Positions 49,859 to 64,000 of a stretch of DNA of 64,000 nucleotides are shown here, in pieces. Source of the DNA: Camelus dromedarius. Its lineage: Eukaryota. The notes beneath the pieces are model-generated. The model ran no database searches, was not told where the DNA came from, and worked only from the letters and a program-made list of their open reading frames with translations. Numbering within the stretch: the stretch's first letter is position 1; each line of letters starts with the position of its first letter. The stretch is from contig NC_087437.1 of assembly GCF_036321535.1 (NCBI RefSeq), positions 90,522,001-90,586,000 on the forward strand, in the 5' to 3' direction. Both the position numbers and the translations under genes were made by a program.

Positions 49859-52800
49859 CGGATTATAAATATTTGAATCCAGTATATTTAATTTTACATA
49901 ATTAACATTTTCCAATGTTATTAAAAATTCTCCCAAAATTTAATTACCAAATCTGCATATAGGTATACCATGATTTGCTTTATAATCTCTTGGTGAGGGA
50001 CATTTAGTTGGTTTCTAATTTGCTTTTATTATGATTGCAGTATAGTTAATAATATAATACCTGCATATAATGCATAATCTCTAAATATTTTCATTTGGGT
50101 TTTACTTATAAAAGTAAAATTTCTGGGTCAAATGATTTACACACTGTATACATGAAAATATACATTAAGATATTACACATGTTATTTCACTACAAATATT
50201 AAATGTTATATATATAAAAGAAGGCATTAAGTCTATCCATGTAAGTATTATATAAAGCAACTAATGTTTTCAATTACCATTTCACATTTTATTTTATCCT
50301 TTTTTAAAGCTATAATGTATGGGCTCATAAAATCCTATCTATGGTACAGATTACCTTTGTGATTTTGGAAGTTTGAATTAATTTATTTCTTATAATTTTT
50401 ACCACCTATAAAATGGATAATACAATTATAAAGCCTACTTCATGGATTTGTTTTGATGATTACATTACTTAACTTACCTAAGGTGCTTAGTACTGGGACA
50501 TATTCTACTGATTTGAGGCTGGATATTTTAAAGAATAGCTTCAATAGACATGGGACAATATTCTACATAATATTTGTCACTTAATAGTAAATTTACTTCT
50601 CATACAAAGACTACTGAAACTTACTGAAGGTGTTAAAATATTTACAAAAAAGTTATGAGTAACAAACAGATTTACTTAGATGAATGGTAGATATTTTCCT
50701 TGTGACTTATTTATTAGTAAATAAACTTACTTAGTAGTGCATTTTATATTCTTACATCTTCTGTTTTGCTGAGAATTAAATTTTTCAATTCAAAATGTGA
50801 AATTTTCACCATTAGAACTGAAAGAAAACTGAAATGTCTTTGTTTTAGAAGGATTTATGGTTATAGCTCTAAAGGTATCAAGAAAGTATATGAGGCAGAG
50901 GGTAACCCTCATCAGCCTCTTTGCAGTTTGAGTTAGGCTGTATCCTATACCACTGCTTAGTTCATGTCTAAAAAGACAATTGGCCCTTAGTGCACAGGGT
51001 TTTGCTGTGGTATCTTCTTTACATCAGGAGCAGGCCTCTTTCACCTTGGCCTCCCTGAGGCCTATTATCATGGACTTTTTTTTGGCCTTGGAGTGTAGGA
51101 GTTGAGCTCAAACAAGTTTAAAGCATATGCATTTTAGCCTTCGTTATGTGTTAATCAAATTTGAAAGTCAGACCTATTCACAAACAAAAATGCCTATTTG
51201 TCAGAGAGTAGGAAACAAAGCAAAAATTAAATTGGGTTCACAGGTGTCCTTTAGCCTGCAAATCTTCACTCAGGTGATCCTTTAAGAGTTTAAAAGAATA
51301 GATGAACAAAGGTATGATCAATATGCTGTCTCTGGATGGGTTGAATTTCTGCCTGTGTCAAACTGTAAATGGATAGCATTGAAGATCACACAGTTCACAT
51401 CCCAGGACAGCATATAAGTTCGTACAACCAGTGAAAGAAGTTACCAACTTCCTCTGTTTAATACTATGTGGATTCTTTTAAATATAACCCTGCTTTTGAG
51501 ATTGTTGGAAATAACTTCATCTTAAGTAATGAAGGAATTAGCTAGAACTTTCGGGCTTAACACAAATACTTTTTCACCACCAGCAAGAAAATAATCATTG
51601 TGTCAGCTTGGGGTGGGATGATAGACACAAGTTATTAATTTATAGTAGTGCAGCTTTGACTATTCTGTTCAAACCATCACCATTCATTATGACTAAAGAC
51701 TCAGGATTATCATTTTCCAGGGACTAAGGAAGAATTCTAAATTCTCAGTTTAGGATGGGTAAAGTTGAGTATTTGGATGTGAATTGGAGGAAATTTGGAT
51801 GCTAATACATTCTAGTTAATTTACATTTGCATCCACCACAAATAAAAGAACTGATGATGTGGAAGTAGAAAACTAAAGACAAGGAAGTAATTGTAAGATA
51901 CAGGATGGCAAATTTGAGAGATTGACTTTATTTGCTGTTAAAAACTGAGTTGGAGATAGCAACATCCCTAGTTACCTTCAAATATTTGTACTTATGAAGG
52001 ACCTGAAGCTGTGGTTGAACCAAAAAATATTAGATACATTTACAGACTGAACTGAAACTATGTTGTGAATCTTGAATTTGCTCAGATATATAATTGAATT
52101 AATCAAATTTACTTGATAGTGTCTAGATTTAGTTACCTAGGAGATATCAGGAACACCAGGGAACAAAAGTGTGCACTTAAAAAGTAAAATTCTATTTTTT
52201 ACTTTCTTGATCTCAAGTTAACACCATCGATATCAAAACCTAAATCACTGTTTTTGGCAGTTTTCAAATACATAATAGAAATGGTTCTATATGGAAAGCT
52301 GATTCATTCTTTAAGACATATTTTTCATCTGACTCCTTTTGGTGGACCTATCACACGGCCATGCTTCATTAAATCTGACAAATCCAAAGGGGCCTATAAT
52401 AAGATGAGGGTTTTTTTTTAGATTTTTTTCTTTTTAATATTAGGAGCCTACTGTTATTAGCAGACCTTAGAGTTTTCTAAGCCCAAACCATCCCTTCCAT
52501 GATTTCTGGCTCATGAATCTGAAGGCTAGAACAGATATTTTTCCCACTTGTGAAAATGTTTTATCTTCTCTGCAGGACCCTGAAACCAACTTTCTGCAGT
52601 ACTGCCATGAGCTCCATTTAGTCAAGAAACTAACTATACATGTTTGTCTCCTTTATTTTCAAAACCATTTCACTTTTATTGACTATGGCTCTGTATATTC
52701 CCCTCAGTGAATACTATACCATGTCTGCAGTGGAACATCAAGGATTCAACTTTTAATTCCAGTTCTGGAAAAGACCCCATCAAGACAACTGATATTTGAG

Positions 52801-54184
52801 AATATTTATTCATAAACTAATTTCTAGGTTTTGTATGCAATATCATGTACTGAGATGTAGGTTTAAATAGTTACATTTTGAACCTCATTAATTTATCTTC
52901 CTCATATTTTGACTTGAAATAGTTGTGTTAATAAGGTATCCCCACAGTTACTGAATTGACATTTAAAAATCCATATGAAATGACAGTCATTTATGTCAAT
53001 CTGTTGTTGATGGCATTGTATTTTATGTAATCTAATGCCATTTCAAAAGGAATAATGGTAATGAAGGGTTTTTAGAATTAGCAACAGTTGAAGTTTCAAA
53101 CCACCAGTGAAATGGTACACTTACTTTTATCAAATTATGAGCATCTAACAATCCATTGTGTTTTCTCCCTTGGTTTATAAAGTTCACAAAGTAAACCTTA
53201 ATTTTAAATCACATCATATAAGTGTAGCTGGGTAAAACTATTAACCTAGCAGTTGGAAGCAGATTTTCTCTAAAAAAAGCTCACTGTCTTTTTGTTCTAG
53301 GCAAGTGTTCCCCAAAAGTTAATATTTCATGAACCTTTACAATGTCTACCATGGACTCATTTGTCCTATATTGTTACTAATCTAACAGTTTGTGAATTGA
53401 CTCTTTTTAAATTAAAGTAATTTTATTTGAAAACAAAATTGTAATTGCCCAAATGGAAAGAAATTCAAACAAAAATAATAAAAATTTTCAGTTTTTACTA
53501 GATGCTTTTGCCTTCTGGGGCCCTTGCTTTTTTTTTTTTTTTTTTTTTTAATGTTATCAGCTAATGGTAGAAAATGTTAAAGACACAATAACCACAAACT
53601 GATCATTTCTTCTTGACTTCAAAATAAATATTGGAAAAAATAACTGTCTTATAAAGGGATTTAATGCTAATTAATGCTTTAGCTTGGTACTACCTAACAT
53701 TTTGTTTTTTGCCATCTAAAATAATATCTGATATAAGTTCTATAGGCAATGCATTAAGGTATGCAAATCAGGAGAAACGACTAAGTGTCATATCTATTTC
53801 GATGTGGCATGAAAAGGGAATTACACATTAATGAAGTAAGCCAATCCATAAAGTGAATGGATTAAGAAGAGTGAAATCCTGAGCAATCGTGTTAGCTGTG
53901 AATTTCTAAATATTGTGAAAGCATTAGACTTTCCATGAAGAGTGCCATTTTACATTTTAGACAATTTACAGATTGTAATGGGCAGGATTGCTTCAGCTTA
54001 CATTCATATTACATATGTTAGAGTCAATTTTAAAAATGTTACTTCCATTATATCATTAAACTTTTTTAACATTTAAATTTACCTGAACCTATCATAGAGT
54101 ATATACTCAGTTTCAGTTTGTTGATTTGTATAAAATTGATTCCCCCCCACCCCAAGTCTCAGAGAGGATATCCAAAAATGAAAA

Positions 54185-54905
54185 TTTTATCTGGTTTTAT
54201 TGAGATATACTAGACATATTAACATTGTGGAAGTTTATGGTTTACATAGTGATTTTATATATGTATAAAGTGCAAAATGATTTCACAATTAGTTAATGCA
54301 CCCATCACCTCACAGTGTTGGAATCTGTGTGTGTGTTGAGCACTTTAAAAATTTACTCTCTTCATAATTTCCAAATATACAATGCAGTATTGCTAACTAT
54401 AATTTTTATGCTGTACTTTATATCCTCAGAACTTATTCATTTTATAACTGGCAATATGTTCCCTTTGACAACCTTCAGCCATATCCCTCATCCCCAACCT
54501 CTTATTCCTGGCAACAACCAATCTATTTTGTTTCTCTGAGGACAGCTTTTTTTCAATTCCACATTATCAGTGAAATCGTAAAGGATTTGTCTTTCTGTGC
54601 CTGACTACTTTACTCAGCACAATGCCTTCAAGTTTCATCCATAATGTTGTAAATGGTCGGATTTTCTTATTTTTATGGCTGAATAACATTCCATCATAAA
54701 TTATATCACATTTTCTTTATCTATTCATCTATTGATGGACACTTAGGTTGATTTCATGTCTTGGCTATTGTAAATAATGTTGAAGTGAACATAGGGGTTT
54801 AGATATCTCCTCAAGATAATGATTTCAGTTCCTCTGGATATATAGTCAGAAATAAAATTGCTGTATCATATTTTAAACTTTTTGAGAAAACTTCATACTG
54901 CTTTC
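54185..54905 (-). mobile_element. L1MA-like 3' end fragment
   Basis: ttttattgagata ... aaaatttactctcttcataatttcc ... atggacacttaggttgatttcatgtcttggctattgtaaataatg. Confidence 0.85.
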
Positions 54906-55954
54906 CCAAAAAAGAAATTTTGATATTAGTTTTAAATGCATAAATAAAATCTACAATTATGTGGAACTCTAATTTAATATGTAGTTATCAATATTTACTT
55001 CTTAGGAACATTTTTCTACCAACTGCTGCATGAATTTTTAAAACTTCCAAAGTGTTAAGAACAATATGCTTTTAAAAATGTTTTAGAAATATTAATAAAT
55101 TGTAAACACATATGTAATTAAGCAATTGTTATAAAATCTTCACCCTGGGGGAAATAGATTTAGACACATTTTGAACTGTGTTTTAAGTTTACTTAGCCTA
55201 ATATACTTGCATATATTTTAGAATACGTTCAAACTGTGTTGTTTTTCAATATCAGTTTATCCCATAGTGTTGTCACATTGTATGTAGTCTTTGTGTTTGG
55301 TTAGCTTATCTTCTGTTTCGTTAATTATCTGTGCAAAGATCACATAAATGTGCTTGGATCTAAATCTCCTCCCAGTTGATGTGACTGGCAAAATTTAAAT
55401 TTTGAAAGCAAACAGAAGCTATTCGGAAAACAAAAAGACTTAGAAAAATAAATCTTTTTTTAAATTTTATAAAATAGGAATACTTCTGTTGTTCTTGACT
55501 AGTATACGAAAGTTTTTTACATTTTCTATTGTTAAAGTTTGGAGCACAAATATTATATTTTTATTTTACCATATCTAATTCAGAAGCAATTTTAGACTCT
55601 GAAACACCAGAGTATTGTATAATTGTATGTGTGTATATGTTTGACCACTAAATCAATGTTTTACATAAGAGTATTTGGTGAATCTGTACAAGTGCAGTGA
55701 CAAAAAATAAGGGGGTTGGAGAGAGGTGAGGTTCCTCCTTCATCTCCATAGAGAACAATTTTACATATTCAAGGAAAAAAGCCATTCACTGTAAGCACAT
55801 TGTACTCCATCATATTGACATACCTGGAATCAGGTTACTTCACACACCAAAAAGCAGGATACCAAAAAAATATACTTTCAATATGAAGAAAACAAAAAAA
55901 AAAAAAAAAAAAAAAAAGAAACTTTATGTTTCATTCAGGGATCTAGAACTAGTG

Positions 55955-56200
55955 TACAAGTGATTAAATGCAAGGATTTTAGATCTGCCAGGTCAGGGTT
56001 CAATTCTTAGTTCTGTCATTAAGTAAATTAGAAAAAAAAACCCAAAAAACCAAAAACCCAAAACCTTGAACCTAATTCCTTAACTATAAAATTAGGATAT
56101 TAAAAAGAATCTCATAAGTTATTATTAATCTGAAATACATAATCTATGAAAATATCTTGGCCCATAGTAGGCACTCTACAAATGGTAACCCATTATTATT
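55955..56200 (+). mobile_element. MIR SINE remnant
   Basis: cagggttcaattcttagttctgtca ... ctataaaattaggata ... catagtaggcactc...aaatggtaacccattatt. Confidence 0.65.
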
Positions 56201-57331
56201 TATGACATCTCATGCTAAGAATTTTCTTTAAATTTCTCCTTTCTCTCTCTGGGAGTTAGACTCGTTTTATGAATTTTTTATTATTGTTAGAAAGTATGTG
56301 CTGAATTTCACTCAACTAAAGTTTCCAAGCCCGTTAGCAAAATGGTTTAACTGCTTTCCTTTTCAACTGAATCTTATGTTGAACACCACTTTTTGAACAA
56401 CCACAAAGAAAAGGGAGGGATACACAAAATACAAAAGGAATTATTTATTTTGGAATGTAAACTTGAGGTTAACTGCAGTGCTTTGTAGGTACTAAATATA
56501 CAATAAATATATATTGAGTAAATGAATTGAATGTTTAAATATTTTATTATTTCTTTCTTTATTTAACTTCCACTTCTGTCCTATCATGTAGAAAGAGAAG
56601 TCTCATAAATTTAACTTGGAATGAAATTTGAGTTAGCAAGCATTGGGCTTTCTGTATTTTCAGTAAGTTCACACTGAGTCAGGCAATATTGTAAAGTAGA
56701 GAGCCTGAGTTTGAGTTCTAGCCATATTATCTACCAGTTGAACTCAACTACTTTCTGTCACAGTGAAATTGAAAACTAATGGTCATACTTAACTCACATA
56801 ATTATTCTGAAGATTCAATAATATAGTGTAGGTATGCAGCCCTTGTTAAAGGACCAAAAAGTATTAACTCTTATTGCTGAAATAGGAGATAAATAATATC
56901 TCCTAATAATAGGAGATAAAACTTTCAAATGAAGGACATACTAGGATGAAGATTATTCAAAATTGGGAAGAATATAAAGTTTAGACATAATCTATATTGT
57001 CCAGAAATAAAGGTATTTTAATATGTTATGACACTTTTATAAGTGAAATATAATTTGGGCATCAAAAAGAATGAGGCAAATCTTTGTGTACAGATATGGA
57101 AGGATCTTGAAAGTATATTAAGTGCCAAAGGTCAAGATACAGAATAGTATATATAAAAGTCATTTTTCAAATATGTATGTCTTTATAAATATATCATTGT
57201 TTATGACAGCTTGGAAATATGTAAGCAACTGATAATAATGTTTATTTTCAGAGCAAGGATATTTGGTAGTTAGAGAACAAAGTAGCAAAGACAAATACTT
57301 TTCACTGAAGTTTCTGCCTTTTGTACATTTT

Positions 57332-57833
57332 TGTATCAGTTAGCTGAATGCAAGCCATCCTCAAGGTTAACAGCTTTAAACAATTATCATTTATTCTGTT
57401 TTAAGTACTTGTGGATTGGCTGAGTTTCAAAACATCTAGTCTGGGATGAATTGGGTTTGAGTCTAAGCTGCAGGTTGGGTTCAGGTATATTACACATACC
57501 TCTTATCCTAATTGGGTGATTGGGCTACCCAAGACATGTTCTGCCCATGATTCAAAATTGTGCCCAGAAGCACAAGAATTAGTATCTTCCCTGCAGGCAT
57601 GTTTCAAGTCTTTGCTTGTATCACACACCAGTTCATATTCCATTGACTAAAGCATTTGACATGGTCATGCCTAAAATCTAGGGATGAGAAATACAGTCTA
57701 CTCACCATGAAACTAAGTAAACTTACATGGCAAAAACAAGTATCAATGATCAATGGAAAGGAGAAATATATCCCTACTCCCATGCAGGTGGGAAAAGGAA
57801 TGATTAGTAGCCTAAAAAATCTCATCTACCATA
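57332..57833 (-). mobile_element. MLT1-family MaLR LTR
   Basis: tgtatcagttagct ... ctgcaggttgggttcagg ... catattccattgactaaagc ... atctacca. Confidence 0.75.
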
Positions 57834-59199
57834 TCTATGAATGCATTCAGTATATATATCAGCAACAATAAGAAAACAAACAAAAAAGGTATAAAATTGT
57901 ATGTTTTTATGCTAACCACAGTAGAGAGAAGTACCTGATGGGAGAAGGGTCAGAATAAAGATTTCTCACTTAGTTTTTCTGTAGAGATGAAAGAAGCACA
58001 AGCTCAAATGACAAGCTCATCATATGTAGAGATTGTCTAAGTAACTATGATGATCAAAGGAGGAAATAAAAAGAGGGGGTTTTAATTTTGGAGATCCATT
58101 GCTACCTTACTCTATCTTATACAGGGAAATTATTCTCAATAATACACAGTGACAGAATGATTTTTGTCATTTTTTAGCATATAATTTATTATAAATACAG
58201 TTTCCAGCTTTTTTTGTGGGGAGAGGTCATTTATTTCATGTTTCTATGGTTGGACATTGTTCTAGTGCTCAAATTTGCATTTGTTTGCTACTGTTCTGCT
58301 TGCAATTAAAAGCAAAGCAAGAACAATGGAGATACCCTGCAGTTTTCAGGCAATTTTATGTTATTTTTCTTCTGCTGTGTTATATTTAGTCTTCATTAAA
58401 GATTAAGTAAACGATGGATTCATTTCAAAGGTATCCTGATTTTCAGTACTTTAAAGTTTATACATTAGAATTAATGAATCAGTCATTTGCATCAATGTCA
58501 TTATAATGTTTTCAATCAATCTTAGAAATTTGTTTTTCCTGAAGGAAATATGAACAAGTTTTGTCCTAAAACCATGTAGGCTGTAGGGAGCTCTCTCCTT
58601 AGTAGTAACCATCACAAAGAACAGAGAATTACTATGGTTTAAAAGTGTTTAAAACCTCATAGGACATATGAGGTTAATCTTGGCTCTGCTTTGGCCAAGT
58701 CACTTATGTTATTTTTACTGCAGCGTCATCTGCTAAATGAAGATATCCAGTTTTCCATCATTATCCTAATTTTATATACAAATCTCATAGAAGAGTGTGG
58801 TACATCCAGAATGGAGTCTATATGGCTACCAGAAATTTCCACTGAACCACTGTAGATGTCCCAGATTTGAGGTTAAATAGACAAATACAAGAGGAAAGGG
58901 GCACCATTCTAGGTATGATGTAGCACACATTAGTTGACAAAACCTGGCAGCCATATGGGCTTTATTCAAACTATCAAAAGCATAAGTGGAAGAATAAAAG
59001 GAACCATTAAACCATGATATAGGCACAAATTATTTAAAACCCGTTTGATCACATTAACTTGACGAACTAAAGAAAGAATGGAAAACCTTTAGGATTTTGA
59101 ATACACTGGATCCAGTTTTGTCCCTCTCTAGGTCTGCTTATTCCATCACCAGGCACCAAGAGAAAAAGTCATCTGCAAGTGGACACTTAGAAGAGCAAC

Positions 59200-59692
59200 A
59201 ACTCAAAGAAAAATTGCAATAATAGAGTTAAATAGGCAAGGGAGACTTTATTCAAGACCGTTGCAATAGGAGAGGGAGATTGAACTCAACTTCACTGAAA
59301 CAAAAGGCAGGAGAGTTTTAAGCACTGGGATGATTTAGTGGAAAAGTACCGGAGGACTTTGATGGGAAGAATCTTCAATGCGATTAGGGAATCTGTGTTT
59401 GCTGAAATTAAACACCTACCTTCCCACAGAGACAGAGAGATAGAATTGCTTTTTTCTTGATAATTATGTTTCAGAAGGATGAATCTGAGGTTCCTGCAAA
59501 GACATTCTTGGGTTTTAAAGCCAGCAGGAGGCTGGGAGAAGATTTACAAGTCAAATGGGCAGAAGTAGAAATTACAGTAAGTTCTCTCAAGTAAATTCCC
59601 TAAGAAAATGGAAGTTAGAAGCCTATAATCACGAGGGAAACTGTCTAATGTTTAGGCAAGCAGAGGGATGTATTAAGGCCAATTTGGTTATA
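59200..59692 (-). mobile_element. MER31-like ERV1 LTR
   Basis: ggcaagggagactttattcaagac ... gagattgaactcaact ... cttcccacagagac ... aggctgggagaagatttaca. Confidence 0.75.
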
Positions 59693-60172
59693 TAATAGGG
59701 TTGGTTAATTTGATTAATATGGACAGAATGGAAGAAACCAAGGAAAAGGCTAGGGGATAAAGAGCGGAACAGGCTCATTTGTTTTCTTATCATACATAGT
59801 AAAATACGATAGAATGAAGGAGAAGTGGTTCTGTCTTCAGGGGATTTACTTGTTAGTAAGAAATGTGACACACACACCCCTAACACAAACACATCAATAA
59901 CTACACAATAGAAAAAATGGAATAAAAATTGTTCCAAAATTGTTATAGAAGCCAAAGAGATAATGGTTTCCCAGATGATTTCATGGCAGTAGGTTGATGT
60001 CACATAAAACCTGAAAGTTTGTTAGAATTTGACTGGTGAAAAGATAGGGTACAGCATCTAAAAGAACTACATTACCTTCCATTAATATTTATAAGAATAC
60101 AGCTTTTAAATTATAATTGAAAAAACTAAATGTTTGTGAAGATTTATTTTAACATCATCTATTTGTTTTTTT

Positions 60173-60776
60173 CTTTTTTTTGGTATATATATTCTTATTG
60201 AAGTATAGTCAGTTTACAATGTTGCATCAATTTCTGGTGTACAGCATAATGCTTCAATCATATATGAACATACATATATTCATTTTCATATTCTTTTTCA
60301 CCATAAGTACTACAAGATATTGAATACAGTTCCCTGTGCTCTACAGTATGAACTTTTTGTTTATCTATTATATATATATTAGTTAGTATCTGCAAATCTC
60401 ATGCTCCCAATTTATCTCTTCCCACTTCCTTTCCCCTCTGGTAACCATAAGTTTGTTCTATATGTCTGTGAGTCTGTTTCTGTTGTGTAAATAAATGCAT
60501 TTGCCTTTTTTTCCCCCTTTTTTTAGATTCCACATGTAAGTGATATCATATGGTGTTTTCCTTTCTTTTTCTGGATTACTTCACTTAGAATGACAATCTC
60601 CAGGTCCATCCATGTTGCTGCAAATGTAATTTTTTTTATGGCTGAGTAGTATTCTATTGTATAAATATACCACAACTGGATAGCTGCATGTAAATCAATG
60701 AAATTAGAATACTCTCTCACATCATACACAAAAATAAACTCAAAATGGCTTGAAGACTTAAACATAAGATAAGACA
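60173..60776 (-). mobile_element. L1 with a 5' inversion (twin priming)
   Basis: Minus-strand 3' end to ~60673, then a plus-oriented ORF2 piece (catacacaaaaataaactcaaaatgg) to 60776; TSD ctatttgttt(t/a)ttt. Confidence 0.85.
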
Positions 60777-61184
60777 CTATTTGTTTATTTAAAAACTTCT
60801 GCAGAGCACCAGGTGGGTTATGCATCTGTTAGCCATTGTGGATTCAATTAAATACTACACTATCCTCTCATCCTACTAATGGATTCATAGGATAACTGGC
60901 ATATAAACCTATAATTACAAGAGGAAAAGGAAAATGTCTTAATAATAGTAAGTAATGTGAAGTAGAGACACATGAAAGGAGAGATCAACTGTTACCTTTA
61001 TATCAGAAAATGTTTCAAAGGGACTGAAGCATTCAGAGGACAGAGGACTAAAATGCTTTTGTAGTACTATGCTAGCAAATCAACCTTGCTAGGAAGAGGA
61101 AGAATACAGAAATAAGTAATAATGGAATAGAGGGGAGGTTGAGGGAGGTAATAGAAGACAGTTAAAATTTTTGCTTTCATCCAT

Positions 61185-61665
61185 TTTATCCTCAAACAGC
61201 TGTCAAAGTGTTATTTTAAATAATCAATGAGATCACGTCACTTCTCTGTGCTAACCATTTTGTGGTATTCTACAGTATTTTAAATAAAATAAAAATTCAT
61301 TTTCTTGGCAAACAAATCCTTTTTCTATTTTTCTAACCTCCAACTTAAGCTATTTTTCTTCCTTGCTACTAATTTTAAAATTCACTGGTCTGTTTTCAGT
61401 TTCCAGCATGTGCCAAACTCATCTTTATCACCTGTCCTTATACAACTGGACTCTTCTTATCCTTCAGTTTACAGGATTAACATCACTTCTTCATAGACAT
61501 CTTATCTAAGTACCCCTATCACCTATTATTCTCAGTTACATCAAGCAACTTCTGTTTTAAACTTACTAAATTTGTGATTTTATTAACCATTATTTATTTG
61601 TGTATTCCTGTTTCTTCTGAAAATGAATAATGCTAAGTCTTTAACAAGGATTTCCTCAGTGAATA
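61185..61665 (+). mobile_element. L2 remnant
   Basis: gatcacgtcacttctctg ... catgtgccaaactc ... tcttatccttcag ... catcacttcttca ... gaataaatg. Confidence 0.55.
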
Positions 61666-62565
61666 AATGCACAATTTTTTTCTAGAGGAAAAAGCAAGCA
61701 GTATATTGCATATAATATATTAATACTTGTATTTATATGTATAAAAAATTCCACAAATGAAGAAACCAAACACTGGAAAGCCAAAATTAAAACTAATAAA
61801 ATTATTTACTTATACAGGGAGGCAGGGAAAACAGGGTACTTTTTCCCAAAAATTTAAAAATTATAAAATATTGAATTTGATGTTAAGTATACACTCATAG
61901 CATGTTTTGTGTAAAATAAATTTCCCCAGCTCTGTTCACTAAAAAGGCCAAGAAGCTTTATCAACTTAATGTCTCTAAGCTCCCACATGCATATATCATG
62001 GTGTCTAAATATTATTATCATTAAAAGTAATTAGGGACTCTTAGAAAAAATACCATGTTTCAGGTCTAAGGCAGGGGATGTACAAAAAGAACATAGAAGA
62101 GTTTGCTATGCTAGACAGAAAGGAAAGTATCAAAGACTAATGTGGTCATGTCAAAAAATCACAATTGACCATCTTAAGGAGATCCCACTGTCAAAGAATA
62201 GATCATTTAAGGACCATAAAATTAATCACTGCAATTAGCTTAAACTATTAAATATATATTTTATATTCATGATAATAAAAATTGTTCTAAAAAGACAGGA
62301 AGTCAAAAAAGGGAAAACCTTCTTTATCAATTTTGAAGATATCAAGGACACCAATAATTTACTCAGAAAATCAGTAATAAAAGTCAAAACTAAACATTTT
62401 CTTTTCTTTCACTAGGAAATGTACTTTAGATCATTAAATAATTCTGGTTAATAAAGAAAATTTCTTTATATATGAATTCCAGTTGATACATATGAAGGAA
62501 AGATAGAATTAGAAATTAATCCTTTTGCAACCACTACTGTAATAATTATATCAAGCAAGAATCAC

Positions 62566-63303
62566 TATTTGTTCTAGTTCTGTGAAAAATGTCATTGGTA
62601 TTTTGACAGAGATTGCAGATTGCATTGAATCTGTAAACTGCCTTAGGTCTTTTGGTCATTTTAACAATACTAACTCCTTAAATCCATGAACATGGTATAT
62701 CTTTCCACCTGTTTGTATCCTCATCAATTTCTTTCATGAGTGTCTTATAGTGTTCTGAGTACAAGTCTTTTAACTCCCTGGTTAGATTTATTCTTAGGTA
62801 TTTTTTCTTTTTGATGAAATTATAAATCAGACTGTTTCCTTAATTTCTCTTTCTGAGAGTTCGTTGTTAGTATATAGAAGCACAACAGATTTCTATATAT
62901 TAATTTTGCATCCTGCAACATTATCAAATTCATTGATGAGGTCTAATAGTTTTTGAAAATATCTTTAGGATTTTCTCTGTATACTGGATGAAGGAAGTCA
63001 AAAGTTACAAACTTCTAGGTATAAGATAAATAAGTACTAGGGATGCAGTGTACAACATGACAAATATAATTAACGATATTGTATGTTATGTAAGAAAGTT
63101 GTTAAGAATGTAAATCCTAAGAGTTCACATCAGAAGAAAAATTTTTTCTATTTTTAATTGTGTCTGTATGAGATGACACACGGTCACTAAACTTATTGTG
63201 ATAATCATTTCATAATGTATATAAGTCAAATCATTATGCTCTGCACCTTAAACATATGCAGTGCTGTATGTCAAATATATCTCAATAAAACTGGAAGAAA
63301 AAA
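62566..63303 (+). mobile_element. L1 with an inverted 5' segment, inserted into an older L1MC/MD-like 3' region (~61900-63850)
   Basis: Minus-oriented ORF2 62566-62983 joined to a plus-oriented 3' UTR 62984-63303 ending ctcaataaaactgg + A-tail; older L1 sequence resumes afterwards. Confidence 0.8.
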
Positions 63304-63852
63304 GGAATATTTAAAGTATCTAAAAAACATTTTGTGAGAAGTTGATAGAGTATAATTATTCTTAAAGAGCAGAAGTATCTCCCCAAGAGTTCTTTACTGA
63401 TTTCAAGGTGAAAAACAAACAAAAAATTCATAACTCTGTAATGGAGGGAACAAGTTATCACTTCCTGAAGTAACTGATCAAGCACTAATAATGGGTCCAC
63501 CAGACATTATGTGTCTCCTGATAGGATGCAGTATAAAATACAGAGCACCACCTAGAAAATGCTTATGCCAAAATGCTGAATGTAAATCTAATCAGTCTTT
63601 AGATCTTACTTCTAGTTTATAGGGAATTAGAGCAATAAAATTAAATGGCACTACAAAGAAGTAATGTGGGTCATTTTATTATAAAATAATTCACCAGGTT
63701 TTATCAACAAGTCAATGCCATTTAAAAGAGGAATTTTTCAATACTAAAAAAATAACCAATTGCAGGACATAGACACTATAGCATAAAAAGACAATTTTGA
63801 GACAACTGAGAAAAAATGAAATATAGAATTTGTATTATGTTATATTAAGGAC

Positions 63853-64000
63853 TGTTGTGGTTTCAAAACATAGCCTCAAATTTATTTGACACTCCTATCA
63901 TAGAGAGTTAGAGTGGATGTTCCCGCTTCCTGAATCTGGACAGGCTTATTGATGCTTTGACTAAAAGAGTGCATCAGAAATAACTGTATGTGACTCCTGA
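63853..64000 (+). mobile_element. MLT1-family LTR 5' part (runs off the window)
   Basis: tgttgtggtttc...tttgacactcctatcatagagag...tgaatctggacaggctt...tgctttgactaaaagagtg. Confidence 0.7.

Noticed and set aside
1..64000. Prokaryotic-type systems (CRISPR, operons, defence islands) or a second host gene
   Set aside because: The sequence is mammalian and repeat-rich. I saw no repeat-spacer array, no long non-TE ORF and no other recognisable exon.

Overview
Mammalian genomic DNA, very probably from a camelid, because it carries three tRNA-derived vic-1-type SINEs and I saw no Alu, Bov-A or CHR-type SINEs. The only protein-coding sequence I can support is the first coding exon of CADM2 (cell adhesion molecule 2/SynCAM2/Necl-3) on the minus strand. 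It runs 3154->3094 (61 nt, MIWKRSAVLRFYSVCGLLLQ-G) and ends at a GTAATC donor. The exon sits in a CpG island with a long AUG-free, GCC-repeat-containing 5' leader and a GC-box/CCAAT promoter near 3850-4150. Bases 1-3093 are the start of intron 1. The remaining ~60 kb is AT-rich upstream intergenic DNA made largely of decayed transposons: L1s (including a nested L1/L1/SINE complex at ~23-34.7 kb and two twin-primed inverted L1s), an ancient ERVL provirus with a recognisable integrase core, MaLR/ERVL/ERV1 solo LTRs, MIR, L2, HAL1 and hAT elements. Repeat family names come from recalled consensus similarity, not from a search. Most ORFs in the track are spurious or TE fragments. I found no convincing novel multi-gene system. 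The most interesting observations are in the CADM2 leader and promoter, a candidate retroposed mRNA 3' end inside an L1, and several template-switch or duplication structures.
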